64,000 bases of DNA. Origin: Schizochytrium sp. TIO01 (taxonomy: Eukaryota > Protista > Bigyra: Labyrinthulomycetes). The DNA is taken from assembly GCA_004764695.1 (NCBI GenBank), contig SMSO01000031.1, positions 1,960,436 through 2,024,435 of the forward strand. Reading direction: 5' to 3'. Of the stretch, positions 34,801 to 48,901 are shown in pieces. Position 1 is the first letter of the stretch; each line of letters starts with the position of its first letter. Made by a program: the position numbers and the translations under genes. The notes under the pieces were generated by a model. The model was given only the letters and a program-made list of their open reading frames with translations. It searched no databases and was not told where the DNA came from.

Positions 34801-37800
34801 TCGGCGCTAACTTGGCACTTCTTACTCAAATCAACTTTTCGTTGAAAAGTTGAGCATGTTCAATTATTTTCAACATTAATAAAATGTTTGGGGTTTTTAA
34901 TTCCAAATTCATGGTTACTACTCTGTTTAACCCCTTTTGTCCAAAAGAAGAGAGCATCACGAAGGATGTTTATCTATCTTTTAGACCAGGAAGAAGGATT
35001 GTACGTTAGCAGATAACACGCAATGGCGCACAAAACACTGCAAATTTGAGGGTAGAGCGCTTCGCTGTGATACCGCCACTGCTACTGCTGCTGTCGAGAA
35101 GGGCCGCAGCTATTTTACTTGACCTACCCATCCATCCATCCATTCAATCCATTCATCCAGGCTTCGCATATCTTTGAGTCCACAGTTCGTGTTACATCGA
35201 GCGAGGACTGATGAGTCCGGGGCCGCGCCTACGCGGACCACAAACATCTTTGCTCCATCGAGGCGTTCGACGTTCTTCGCGCCAAGTTTCATCATTTCAC
35301 GCACTGACCGACAGCGAGAGAAGAGGAGAGAAGAGAAGAGAAGAGAAGAGAAGCGAAAGGGAGGGAAGGAAGGGGGCAGTCTTTGCCTCTTCGCCTCAGA
35401 TATCTCGTACATGCCGCGATCTAGGCTCTCCCGGCCCAGCTAGTACGCAATTTCCCGATTTATTGTCTTCCCGAATGGATTTTGTGTCACTTGCAACGCA
35501 TCGATCGATCGATCGCGAATCCTACATCTCGAAGATGAAGATGGAAACAAACCGAACTCAAACAAACTCAACCAAACTCAAACAAACTCAAACAAACTCA
35601 ACCAAACCAAACTCAAACAAACCGAACTCAAACATACCAAATTCAACCAAACAAACCTAGCAAGGCTCGCTCGCTTGCATGCATGCACACACGCACATTT
35701 GCCGGTCAGCAGCTCAATTATGAAAGTCTTCGGCGCTAAACTGTCCAACTTGAAGATTTCCAAATCCTCAGGCCCTGTCCTGAACTGACTGGCATCAAAC
35801 AGACAAGGCATATGATATATATACATAGATGCAGGGGTACACGCGCTCACCGGCCATTAACGCATGCCTGGCACGCTCGTCTTTACAACAGCAGACAAGG
35901 CCAGGAAAGTGGAAACGTGCCGAATTCGCACAACAGGCCGCAAAGTGCCCCTTCAGGACTGGAAAAAGCCGAGCTAGTTAGCTGTTGTTCTACGCCTTCG
36001 AGGGCAGGACAGGAACTTGAGGAGTTGAGCTCCTCCTTTGACTCGGTTCTTCGCGCTTGAAAGGCCCTCCGCCGCGATTGCGTCTCTTTCGGCACCTGCA
36101 AGACTGGTTCGCCGCGTGCAGTACTCGGCATGGATGCAAGCTTCGTCTGCGTATGTACGTGTGTGCGTTTGTATGTATGATTGTATTGTTGTATGTATTT
36201 AAGGGTTGCATGCGATATGAAGGAGCATCGATCGACTTTCAACTTGCTTCCGTTTCTATTTCATGAAGACTTCGCCTCCCTGACTGTCCAAACGGAAAAA
36301 AGCACAAAAAACAAAATAAAACATTGAGATTACTAGAAAATGCAAAACATACAGTCATTCATATTCATTCATTTATGTTCGTTCATTCATATTCATTCAT
36401 CCATAATCATTCATTCTCCTTCATTCATTCATTCTCTTCTCTTCTCTTCTCTTGTCTAGGAAGGAACTCCTGCACCTTTTATGACCGGTTCTTCCAAGTG
36501 CACCACAGACGGCAATAGCTTTACTAGGGTTGCACATCAAACACTTATTCGGTTTCTCGCACTTACGAGTGCTTCATTATCTTTGACAATAGAAATATTT
36601 TATTATTATTATTTGTTTTGTTGTTTGTGCTTATCCGATGCCTACCATCACCTATGGATAGCTGCGCAGTATGCAAGGGCCTCAAATAGAGTTTACAAAT
36701 AGTAATTTTTTTATTTCGTATAAAATAAGAAATAAACAAAACAATGATCGACGCATTCTCGCTATATACCACATCCAGCCCCTTGACCCCACAAATATAA
36801 CCCTTGTTTATGATCTATTATCTTTAGTGAACTAATAAGTCTGGGGTTGAATGAAATTCAACGGTAAATTGCTGACGGGGTCGGGATACTTCATATTTGT
36901 CAATGGAGGCAAGCGCAGAGTTAATAAAGTATAGACTTTATGCAGATAAGCGGATTTTCAGATAGAAAAGGAGTAGAGTATTTCGATGGCTTCTTAGTCA
37001 GGACCATCGAAAATTAATATCTCTACATATTGAAACGGAAAATGTGTCCTGTATACTGTACAGGAGGGGATACCTGAGAAAAGGACACGGAGGTGAAAGA
37101 CGACAGCAGTCTTCGCTTTCATTCGCCACGACACTAGTTGAGACTTCCTTATCGACATGATTTCTGCAAATGAGTTCATCTGTAGCAAGCCAATTCACCT
37201 TTGCTTTGACCAGGAGGATCTACTCGTAATAAGAACGCAATGTTGAGCAGCTCTGCACCGTTCAAGTCGATGTGTTAGCTTCTATGTGATGTATGGTTTT
37301 GTATTTACTGATGACACTTCTCTCGACTCAAACACAAAATGTTGGACACAGTGGACGACTTAAGCCAAGGCTGGACCTTTACGTTCAAAATGCAGAGTTG
37401 GATTCTTTCAAGATGACACAGAATCACTCCATTGATCCTTTTACCACGTTCTTGCTTAATCTCTCCACCAGTACGTTTAAGCAGTATCCATAGGTATACT
37501 GGTCGACACATCAAGAATAGAATACCCCGACGACTGCGTTTTGTTGTTATCACAGGCAGTATTAGCTGATCATTAAATTTCTAGATGCAAGATCTAATGC
37601 TCGTATTTCATCACTACGTGAGAGAACTCCGTTAATCTCAATCGAATTGTAACATTTCAAACGGAATCTACGATGCAAGCTTCGTTGAATTTCATACAAG
37701 ACACGCCGCTGAGTGCGTTATATAGTGCAGACAGAACCTAGGTGAAGACGAGCATTATACTATTGGACCAGGATTATACATGCGAGTCCAAGTCTAAACT

Positions 37801-40329
37801 TTAATCCATGCGCAACTAACGAATGGAATTTTATCAGATGATATCTCAGCGATGTTCAACTTTTTATATGTTTTCATATTCATTGTAGTTCATCGACAGT
37901 TCACGCATGCACCTAAGTGCACCTGGCAATCAGATGCTGATACTATCTAATAGAACGAACTGATGTGAATATTAACTCGATGCCTTTTAGGTGTTGTGAA
38001 CGAAAAAACATCCTCTAGATTCTTATGATCGCGAAGGAGCTCCAATACAAAAGTCTATCAATTAGTCAACTATTCCTGCAACAAAATGGCCTGCCGAAAC
38101 GCAATTTTATGATGTCCAACAATTAAAGTGTTTGAGTACACCTGAAGGTATCATCTCGCATGCTAAGACGGGGGTGGCAGGGGTCATTTCATGCGTCATA
38201 ATAGTATCGGAGGGAAAGAAAGAATCCCTCAAGCACAAAGTTGAAAACTCTTTGGAAAAACTGTTGTTGTTCTGATACAAGGACCATTCCTTTTTTAAAA
38301 AATAAATTTAAATAAATATAACCTCATCTTTGGTTTCTTAATTTTAATTTAAATATTTCTTTTCTTTTTTTCTTCTGAAATTTAAAACGTTTAACTAAAA
38401 AGCACTGACCCACATCAGAAAATTCTTCCAAGTTTTATTCATTCCTTTTCTTCTCCTATACTATTAGTTATTTACATTCCAACAAAGCTTTACTCTCTTC
38501 TATTACAAGGTACTGATGCTTCTTTTATAGCTTCTACCTCCCTTATCTATTAGCATCCAAGCATTTTTAAAGTATGAAGTAGAAGCACTAGTAGCAGGAC
38601 AACTTCCCTTAATTCGATGAGATGGAAGAAATTAGTCCTCGTTCTCTGCGGCTTCTTCATCGATGGGTTTCCTGTATTACGGTAGTCGTATCTTCGTTCG
38701 GTGCTCTCTTTGAACTGAGCAACGCCATTCCAAGGTCAAACGCGTAGATCCCAAGCGACATCAAACTGCGAAAGTGCTCTCGCCCATAATATTTTAACCG
38801 TTGGCGTTTCTCCTGAGGCCTCACCTAGGTAGGTGGTCATATTATAATAGCACAAACAAATAAATGAACAATTCAACTATCGATCTAAAACTTGAATGAA
38901 GGACTGTACCTTCAACTTAAAGAACACAAGGTATTGTTATTCAATCTCAATGAGAAGCATGAATATGAAAACCAAGAGTGCCGGACCCTTTAGTTTACTT
39001 TGAAGGCTGTTCAGCCAGAGGTCTTTTACTATCCGGAAAAAACCCACTGCAGTATATAGTTGTATATATAGTTGTAGCTTGGCATGTATTGCAGCCTCAT
39101 CCTAAGTCAGCGTCTCCGCATCCATGCGCCAGATATTGTCTATCTATCTGTTTGACTGGAGAAAGGCTAATTCACTTGCCTTTATTTATTGCCCTTAACA
39201 TGCATTCATCTTATTTTGCTAGTCTACTTTTTGTCTTTGAAAAAGAAAACAGAAAATAACCAAAATAACCAAAATATATGTTTGTTCTTTAGTTATCTGC
39301 TACAATTTATAAAAGAGCGAGAGAGAAAGACGAGGCGAGAGCTCACTCATAGGATTCGACATACTCAAAGAAGGGCCGTAGACAGCCAGCGTCTAACTTG
39401 ACGAAGAGAACCGCAAAAGCACGTGCAAGCAAACGCTAAAAGCTGCAAAATGGAGCGAAGATTCAACAGATTCATGAAGAAACTCAACCTACTTATTCCG
39501 CTGATCCAAAGGTGCTGTTTTCGCCGGCCTCAAGTGATCAGCTTTTTACATATGCTGCGTCGTTTCCTTCCTTTCTAAAGGACGATCTTCTCTGGCTGCT
39601 GCAAAAATCCAGGCTCCGTTTTGACCTTGTTCTCTTCCATAATTACGGAATCACCTCTCACTTAGTCAGAGTAATCTGTGTCGCAGTTGTTACCTTGAAA
39701 GATAAAAAGAAAGAAGAAAAATAAGAAGGGAAAAAAAGAGGTGGGGAGGGGAAAAGAAAAAAAAGAAAAGAAAAGAAGGGGGCTCTAGCCTCAAGCTAGG
39801 TAATCTAATATATTATGATGATCGACACTGATAACAGGGATTCCTTTGTGTGCCAGTATTGGCAATAAAAGCGGGTGAGTTGTCCAATGAAAAGCTGTTT
39901 CGGTGCAGAAAGAAAGCATCTGGTACGGCCAGAAAGCGGTTTTGTACCTTTAAGAGTCTCTTCTGCCGTGGTAGTATACATTGAAGAACCTACTTTACAA
40001 CATTGCCACCTTTTTTTTTCTTTTTGAAAATTAAAAAGTGATTATACAATTCAGAAGAGTACTTTGTTCATTTGCTCCTCCTTTAAAACATACCATCTTT
40101 TTTCCTTCAGAGGTGTTTCATTTAACTTTAAAAGAGATGGTAGCTTGAAGTTAAATAAGTTAAAATATAAATATAATAAATTATAAGAAATAAAAATCAC
40201 AAAAGACTTTCTTGCAGCAGTAACGAGTAACCGCAATTGAAGAAGTACTATCTTTCAAAGACGATGCATCATTTTTTAATTTTAAAAGAAATATAATAAT
40301 AACAATAATAAATCGCCTGCCTTCTCCGA

Positions 40330-41400
40330 ACGAAGACTGCCATCCGGGAAAGAGGGGGATGTTTGGTTTGGTGGAGGCAACCAATCCAGGACTCGCAATT
40401 CTTGTGCCTGGCTGCACGGAGATAGAATTTATTTCGAATGTAGATGGTTTTGTCCTGTTTGTCCAGACAAACTGTAAGGATTTACTCTTTAATTTAAGAA
40501 GCAAAACTTGCGAAATCAAGAAACTATTACAGCGATGGGCATTCTGAGACTCTAGTATAGGCTCCTTTGCACTGCAATTCTGTGGAGCATCGCCTCATAT
40601 TATAGGCTGTTGAAATCCCCTTTTAATCAAAAATGCGGTTGGCGAAGTCGAGTCGATTTGTTGCGTTGGCCACCGTGTTTGGTGCAGGCCAGAACCGATG
40701 GGTGAACCAAGAAGCAAGAGCCTCTCTCCAGAACTGCGAAAGCTAAAAGAGGGAAATGTATGGATGAAATTCTATGAAAGCTTTCGCTGCACTTGGCAGA
40801 CATCCATCGCCATGCCATTAAAAATACCAGGTACGGTAATGAAGTTCTTTTTTCCATAGCGACGGTAAATCAATGTAGAAATAATATTGTTGTTCCTCTT
40901 GACCATCGATCAGTTACTCCATAGCAGGCTGAGTCTGTAACTTCATCCAATAACTCTGATGCAATAACTCCTCACTTCTTTTCTGCGACATAACATGAAG
41001 AAGCGGCTGCAGAAGCCTGCTCGAAGCATTTCTTGATGCCGTAGCTTCATTTGACAGCCTTGCGGTGCCGAAAGTGGGCAATTAGCCGCTGACCCCGAAT
41101 TGTAGACTTAGAGTGAAGCACTACATTGTGGTGCAGGCATCGACTAGAAACCAACAATACATTCATACACCACTCGCTCATCGGCACCCTTAACAGCTAG
41201 AGGACGAGGCAGGAGATGTAACACTCGAATCGCACACGCGCACGTATTGTTTGTTAGGATAGTGGATCATCAGAGTATTTTGCCCTCTTTTGCGATTTAC
41301 AGTCTGCAGCACGGTCGAGCTACCGTGAAGCATCGACTGGTGCACGACGTGTTCTCTGCGACGTGGGTTGAACGAGACACGCACTTGAACGAACGCATAG
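40330..41400 (-). mobile_element. Decayed CRE-like non-LTR reverse transcriptase fragment
   Basis: Minus-strand fragments occur in the expected order: ...IHYPNKQYVRVCD (~41230), YYFYIDL (~40870, YxDD relic), GCLPSAAKAF (~40790, G..n..K) and LLLGSPIGS (40691-40717, LG.PiG). Frameshifts and stops lie between them. Confidence 0.5.
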
Positions 41401-42834
41401 CGAACGATTCAGCTTGCGGCTATCGCGACCACGCGATGCTCCACCCCGCTACATGTGCAAACCTTTTTTTGCACAACAGAAGGCTCAGCTAACCTCCACA
41501 GGAGGCTGCGGAAATACCCGAGATCGCCTTACATCGTAGAATCCGCACAACCAACCGAGACAGATAGCTAGCTCACTGAGCGGTAGGTCTTCTGCTGTTC
41601 CCGCATTTTGTCAACAGCAGTTGTCCTCTGCGAGTTGCAGCAGCAGACTGTCTGTGATCAGGCGAACCCTGCGCAAATAAATAAACAAACAAATAAATAA
41701 ATAAATAAATAAATAACTTGCTATGCTATGCTATCGTCAGAACTCATAGATTACAACACATTTCGACACATTACAATACAGACATTGCAATACATACACG
41801 TGTGGAAATGGCAGGAACTGCCTTCAATCTAAACCGATTCGCAACGGGTTTCAATCAACCGATCTGAGTTTGCCAAGGCAGCGCTTTCTGGGGGCGCTGT
41901 AAACTCTGTGTGCCCTGCACGTCTCTTGTTCATCGAATTCCATGTACACGTACTTCATTTGACAGCGGAAGACCGCCTCAAGAGCTTCAGTTCGAGAGGA
42001 AAACGCAGATTCTTAAGGGCCGGATTACGATCAGGGGGATGGACCTTCCTCTCGACCTGAACGTCCAACCTGGGGCGTCAATAGAACCAAGATCCGGCTT
42101 CGGCAGCAGATCATTCGACGAAGGAGTTGAAGCGAACTCTGCGAGGCGTGGCATGCCAACTATTGACCCTTAGTCTTCTTCACTTGCCCTCCTTTGGCCC
42201 TCGCTTTTCATGCCTTTGGATATTCCTCTCATCGCGAATTCTTTGGCTCCAAGAAAGCTGCGATCCCTCATAAAGAATAAAGTGTTTGATTATGGTTTTT
42301 GATATCTGCAAGCAAGCAAGCAAAGCAACACTTTTAACTGGTCAGAGGTGCTGCATTGAAATCTTTTAACTCGGGTGCAAATTCAAGCAAACAACAATCT
42401 CTCTCAATTCTGGCCAAAACAACGACTCATGGCTTCGTAGGAAGGGGTTGTGGTGCCTTGCAGTCATGATGGTTTGGGGGAGATTCTCCTGTCGTTTTCA
42501 TTCATTATTTTAGAGATATGTATTACTCATTTGTAAATGCCTATACTTGATTTTGAGAAGTAGATCATCATATCCTTCAACTAACTGATAGTTTTGAGAG
42601 AATTTAATGTCTTTCCGTCCCATTCCTTTCCTTTCCATTCCAATTTCCAAGGTAAAATTTAAACTTTACAATTCATGTCTAAGACCTTTTTTTTAAACTC
42701 ACTATTGAAAATGTCTCTATTTTAATCAAGACTGAGAAAAAAAATATTTCAGTTTTTAAAAATAAACATAACATATTGGTTTTTTAATGTTTTTTTTTAA
42801 TAAATAAATTAGACGTAATAATTATTATATTTAA

Positions 42835-42874
<40 letters not shown>

Positions 42875-45622
42875 AAACGTTTGTTTCAACGAAAGATAAA
42901 CTTGCAAAGAAAATAATTTGTTAGTTAGTCTCAGCTAAGAAACCAAAGTGTTCAAATTTCCACAAACGGGAGACTCTTCATAGATCTTCCACTTCAAGTG
43001 CGACATAGGTCACGATCTTGGCACCATCTAATATCTAAGTGCGCAAGGCTGCCAGCCACCTTTTTTTTCATTTTAAAGAAGACTGAAAATCTACAACTTA
43101 AAAAACAAAAAAACAAAAAACATTTATACATAAAAGCAAGAGATCTAGAAATAAATGAATAAGTATGTCAATAATAATTAATTATTATAATGGTGATTAG
43201 AGGGCTGTTCCATGAAAGTAAAGTCTCTCTTCTTATCATTCACCTATTCTAAAACAGGATCCCCGCCCCCCCGTGGGTACATGAAAGAACTCCTCATCTT
43301 TTCCTCAACTAAGTAGGTATCTAAGATACGCACGCACCCATGAAAGTCTGCAGAGGAGAAAAGCTTGGCTTGAGCTTTGGCCTAAGCTCGAGGAGCGTTG
43401 AAAGCGGTGAAAATTTGCTTGAATCTCGAGACTGCGCCAACTTTCTGGGAGAAGATTCACGTGCCAACGCTCTGCCTTGCGACGTCATGAACCAATTTAG
43501 AGATAGGTAAAATACCTATTCAAGGTCTTTCAAGCAGCTCACCCGCTGGTAAGGAGTACATAGGGAAGTGCTGCGTTGGGCTTGATTTCATTGCGCTCTT
43601 ATCAACGTGAATCATGACGCCCTGGACTTTGCAATAACCTCCAAGCACGACTACCCCCCCAATGCGAGCTCTTCGGGCTCAACAAGTCGGCTCAGAGTGA
43701 AGCTTGTGGGCTGAAGCTCGCGTCTGCGCAGACGACCCTGAGCTAGCTCGTGGGGGCGTGGAGAATGAAATTGCGACTTGTAAAACGGAGCACCTGCAGA
43801 TAAACAGCGACATTGAGTGGCGCGGAAGGTTTGAAGCGCCACGTGCTCACTCGAAAACTCGCACCAGTCTTACTTGAACAAGTTGTTCTTGGATTGCTAC
43901 AGCAGTCTGTCACTCAAATCTTTGGGCTTCGCCCTCAAACCACGAAACAGCAATGAATGAAGGAGCACATGCAAAAAAAGCGAAGAAATAAATTGCTCCT
44001 CTTAAAAGTTGGGGCCAAAACTCCAGAATGAAAGCATGAATACCTAAAGTACTGCCTACCAGGTAATAGGAACATAGCGAAAGTACCAGTTAACAAATGA
44101 AAAGAAATACTACAACGGAGAAATCAATTCCACTTCCGTGCAAGAGCCTTTGTCTTTGAATACAACGGGATCGTTGTTGGAATCGCCTGGTTTTCTCATG
44201 TAGAGGACGCGGGTAACTGCTGCGTGCATGGTTTCCATTTGCTGGAGACTTCGAACTGCGCGCAGCCCAGCCCTAGAGACCATTCAATTCGATTGTCGCA
44301 ATCAGTATTTTCAGTAGCTTGTGTGAAGTGCATTCTAAAGTTGAAGTGAAAGGATTAGGGGCCGGGACCGGGCAAACAAGTGTTTGCATCATTTGATTAT
44401 GCAAAAATAAAATTAAAAAATAAAGAGAATGACCTGTAATTGGCTGCTACTTTGGCGCCTAAGTACCTACTTCAGGCATGCTTCACAGGCTGCGTATTAC
44501 CTCCTCATGCTTACTTGAATGTGTGAGCCCGTGGAACTTAATATGATGGAATAACCCCTCGGGTTCCAGCTCTTTAGCGGATTCGCTGAGGTTGGTCTTA
44601 TCCTGAGCATATCTAGATTTGGTTAATCACCCCACCATGGCGTGCGTGACACATTGCTTGCCACCTTCAGATGTTGAATGCGCGACAATGTGGAAACCTG
44701 TGAAGCATCTCATCTTCTTTATTGCCTCGTGTCGATCTCCTGAGGAAGGTTTGCGAAAACACTGCCATTGCACAAAACTATGACAAAACTATGACAAAAC
44801 CAAGACAAATCGAACACAGAAAACAACCAGAAACTGCAGAACTACACTCTATCAAAATTCCAGGAACACATTGACAGAGAAGTGTTGATGATGCTCATTT
44901 AAAAAACTGCAATCCGGGAGTGCAGCGATCAACAGCTCATCCATGAATTGCTTGTATCCACTCGCAAAATGAACGAGGGTGTTCCGCCCTCTCGAGAACT
45001 ATAAGCAGAGTGTGTGTATGTATGTGTGAGTGAGTCATGTGAGTAGAAAGGCCTCTTGCTTGGACAATTAATCCTCTCTGCAGCTCAACAGTTTTCCCAA
45101 AATCGAGGGGAGATTGGTTTAGCTGACGCATTCCATGGCTGCAATCACTCTTCTCCAGTATAAGACGGATGTTCCCTATAGAAAAGAAAGTGGTGTTGTG
45201 TCCAAGCTGAGTCTGGCTTGGTGTGGGTTGAACGTGAGTCAAATTCGGCTCTTTGGCAGCCTACTAGCTTCTTTTAAAAGCTCCAAAGAGTGCAACTTGC
45301 CCGAACCACCCACTTCTTCTGTAAGATCCATCAATGGCCATTTCCATTGCAGGGGTGTCTGTGTGGGTGGCTACGGGGTTATTCTTTCTGTCTGACTATA
45401 TGTTTGTTTGTTTGTTGTTTATTTCTCTCTGTCGGTCTGCTGAATCTCAGGTTGGCCATTGCCTCGAGAGAAGGCTCCGCATCCGCTCGTTACGCGGACG
45501 CCGGGGCTTTGGCAGGGCAAATTGATCCCGGTATGGGCAAGAGGCGAGAGGAGCCGTGCAATTTTTCGTTCCTCGTGGCACTTTCTTTGCACTTTGGCAC
45601 GTTGAATTGTTAAGGATAGGTT

Positions 45623-45713
45623 CACCGTCCGTTAAATCCTGGTCCTCTTCCTCTATTTAAAAGGCCCTTTATTAATGACACTGACTCTGTAGAAGCATCC
45701 ATGCATGCATGAA

Positions 45714-45720
<7 letters not shown>
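45623..45720 (+). repeat. Short dispersed repeat, copy 1 (copy 2 at 48351)
   Basis: caccgtccgttaaatcctggtcctcttcctctat...aatgacactgactctgtagaagcatccatgcatgcat aligns by eye with 48351-48440. Confidence 0.8.
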
Positions 45721-46000
<280 letters not shown>

Positions 46001-46709
46001 AGGTAGGTACCTAGTAGTATGAATGTATAGCTAATGGCCTTGAGACGATCACGATAGTGTGCGCCCAATAATGCCTTTAGTAACGATTGGAGGAAATGCA
46101 ACATTTGCAGACTTCAAGGGTCGATCGTATCAACACTTGTCAATCCATCCTCAATGCCTGCTCCATCTGACCCTTTTCCCAAACTTGTGAAGCGGTTGCT
46201 GCCCTCGTGTCCGATTTGAGCAACGACTTTTCTGTTATTTTCGTTGCTTGTTTACCTTGCAGACATCGATGTAGACATTCGGATCCACACTTCGTTTCGA
46301 ACAAACATTTTGCAAAACATACAGTATGAAACCTTTTCCCTTTATCTTTCTTTTTATAAACTTTATAATTTTTTAACGCATATAAAAGCGAGCTGCTCGC
46401 TTTTGGTATGAAAAAGCATTCCCTCTATTTTAATTACTATCATGTTTATCTACTTCCCGTGGCAATTAGAATGATGAGAATAATGAAAAGAACAACCCCC
46501 ACTCTATCCCACTCTATATCCTTGTTATGCTTCTTCCTCCGTGACAAGTCCTGAGAGGATTTCGCGCAGTTTACATAATAGGTCGACTAAGCCCTGGTCT
46601 GGACCTGTCGACACCCCATCTCTCGATTCTGAGTGCACCATTTGACCACTTCTTCCGCGGACTACCAACTCCTAGACCACGAGTACTTCAAAACTGAAAG
46701 AGACATTGA

Positions 46710-47164
46710 CTTTCTTTCTTTCTTAATTTCTTTCTTTCTTAATTTCTATATTTATTTCTTTGTTTCTTTCTTAATTTCTATATTTATTTCTTTGTTTCTT
46801 TCTTAATTTATTTCTTTCTTAATTTATTTCTTTCTTAATTTATTTCTTTCTTAATTTATTTCTTTCTTAATTTCTATATTTATTTCTTTCTTTATTTCTT
46901 ATTTATTTCTATATTTATTTCTTTATTTCTTATTTCTTTCTTTATTTCTTTATTTCTTTATTTCTTTATTTCTTTATTTCTTTATTTCTTTATTTCTTAT
47001 TTATTTCTTTATTTCTTTATTTCTTTATTTCTATATTTCTTTCTTTCTTTCTTTCTTTCTTCCTTTATTTCTTTCTTCATTTCTTTCTTTATTTATTTCT
47101 TTATTTATTTCTTCATTTCTTTCTTCATTTCTTTCTTTATTTCTTTCTTTCTTTCTTTCTTTCT
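46710..47164. repeat. T-rich low-complexity tract built from TTTC/TTTA units
   Basis: Visible directly; includes higher-order units such as TTTCTTTCTTAATTTA. Confidence 0.93.
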
Positions 47165-47737
47165 CAATGCGACCCTTTTCAATTCGACCTTATCAAGCCT
47201 ACGCCTTCTCACGCGACCGCGTTCTTTCTTTGAAAGCACCAAGGTAGTCGAGAAAGGGCGCGTGACATTGCGATGATCGACACGAAGATAGATAGCACGT
47301 ACTTGATGTACCCGGTATCTTCATCTCGTCCTCAGGCGCACGTGATACGCTGCTGCTGTCGAAGCAGGTACTTGGAAAACCAGCTATCGATCGATCGAAT
47401 GCATGCATGCTCAAGACTTCGTTGCGTCACCATCGCTCTTGATCCAAGGCACCCTTGAAAGGAACTCCTTCTTCTTTCTACTTCTTCTTCTTCTTCTCCG
47501 CTTTGGACCAAAGTCCGGAGTTCTAACTGATACCTCGTTTTTCTCTCCATTTTTTTCACTTTGGCAGACAGCCTCCTGCCATACCGGTAGTGAACCCTAC
47601 CAGTAGGAACCGCATAGGCCGCTGCTACCGGTGAAGCCCCCTGCCTTCAAGCTTTACGGGATACGCTCTCGCTCAAAAGATTAAATTGGACTGACTTGAT
47701 CTTGATTGAACGCAGAAACCTCAACTTTAGCTTTCGT

Positions 47738-47942
47738 ATTGAACTTGAACTTGAACTTGAACTTGAACTTGAACTTGAACTTGAACTTGAACTTGAAATT
47801 GAAATTAAAATTAAAATTAAAATTGAAATTGAAATTGAAATTGAAATTGAAATGGAAATTGAAATTGAAATGGAAATGGAAATGGAAATGGAAATTGAAA
47901 TTGAAATTGAAATTGAACTTGAACTTGAAATTGAAATTGAAG
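47738..47942. repeat. Compound hexamer array GAACTT/GAAATT/AAAATT/GAAATG
   Basis: Visible directly. Confidence 0.95.
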
Positions 47943-48350
47943 TCAATTCGCACATGGAGCGACCGGAAGACGAAGTTGAGCTTGAACTCGAACAGCAAAC
48001 TTGAACTCGCTTCTGATCTCTAAAGTCACTAGACCGGAATAGGGGCGCCCTTTTCGAGGCACGTGTGGGTAAACTGAGCCACTACACCTTTTACGTCCTA
48101 CCGAAGAGGCAGGCTATCTATCTAGCTAAGTAACTGAGTAACTAACTAACTGAGTAACTAACTAACTAACTAAGCAGCTAACCAACTCAAGGGCTCGAGC
48201 GCACTTTGGTCGATTCAAGTGCTCTTCGATTTAAAAGGAAAGTCGAAAGCGAGAAAGCAGAGGGGAAATGAGCGATAGAACTGGCAACTTGAAGTACAGT
48301 CTTTAAAGTTTATTAATTTGAGAGTTGGTCATTGATTTAATTTTATACAT

Positions 48351-48475
48351 CACCGCCCGCTAAACCCTGTCCTCCTCCTCTATAAAGAAACCTCTGAATG
48401 ACGCTGACTCTGTAGAAACATCCATGAATGCATTCATTCTTCATTCATTCAATCAATCATTCATTCAATCATTCG
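48351..48475 (+). repeat. Short dispersed repeat, copy 2, with a CATT/CAAT tail
   Basis: caccgcccgctaaaccctgtcctcctcctctat...aatgacgctgactctgtagaaacatccatgaatgcattcattc. Confidence 0.8.
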
Positions 48476-48870
48476 CTCATATAAATAAATGAAGGGGAAG
48501 AAAAAAAACTGTGGCGACTGAACTGAATGTTCGTGTGCGTGCAAGACTTTATGATGCGCGTGCTTTTTACTTTCTTGTTTGCTTGCCTGCCCTGCTTTGA
48601 GCCGGGAAACAAGCTGCTTTTGGTTACGCATTTAGGTGCTCATTCATCGCGTGGGCCAAACATCATTTCGCGCAGTACCTACCTACCTACCTACCTACCT
48701 GGCAATGAAGAAGGATGAGCTCCAGTTTGCCTTGTCTTTTCCCAGTTTCTCCTTAATAGTTTGGATTTTTTATTTAGATTTTTTTTAAGATTTTATTTTT
48801 ATTTTTATGAAAACAATGTTTTATTTTATTTTATCTTATTCGTATTTTATTTTCTCTTTTCTTTTCTTTA

Positions 48871-48901
<31 letters not shown>

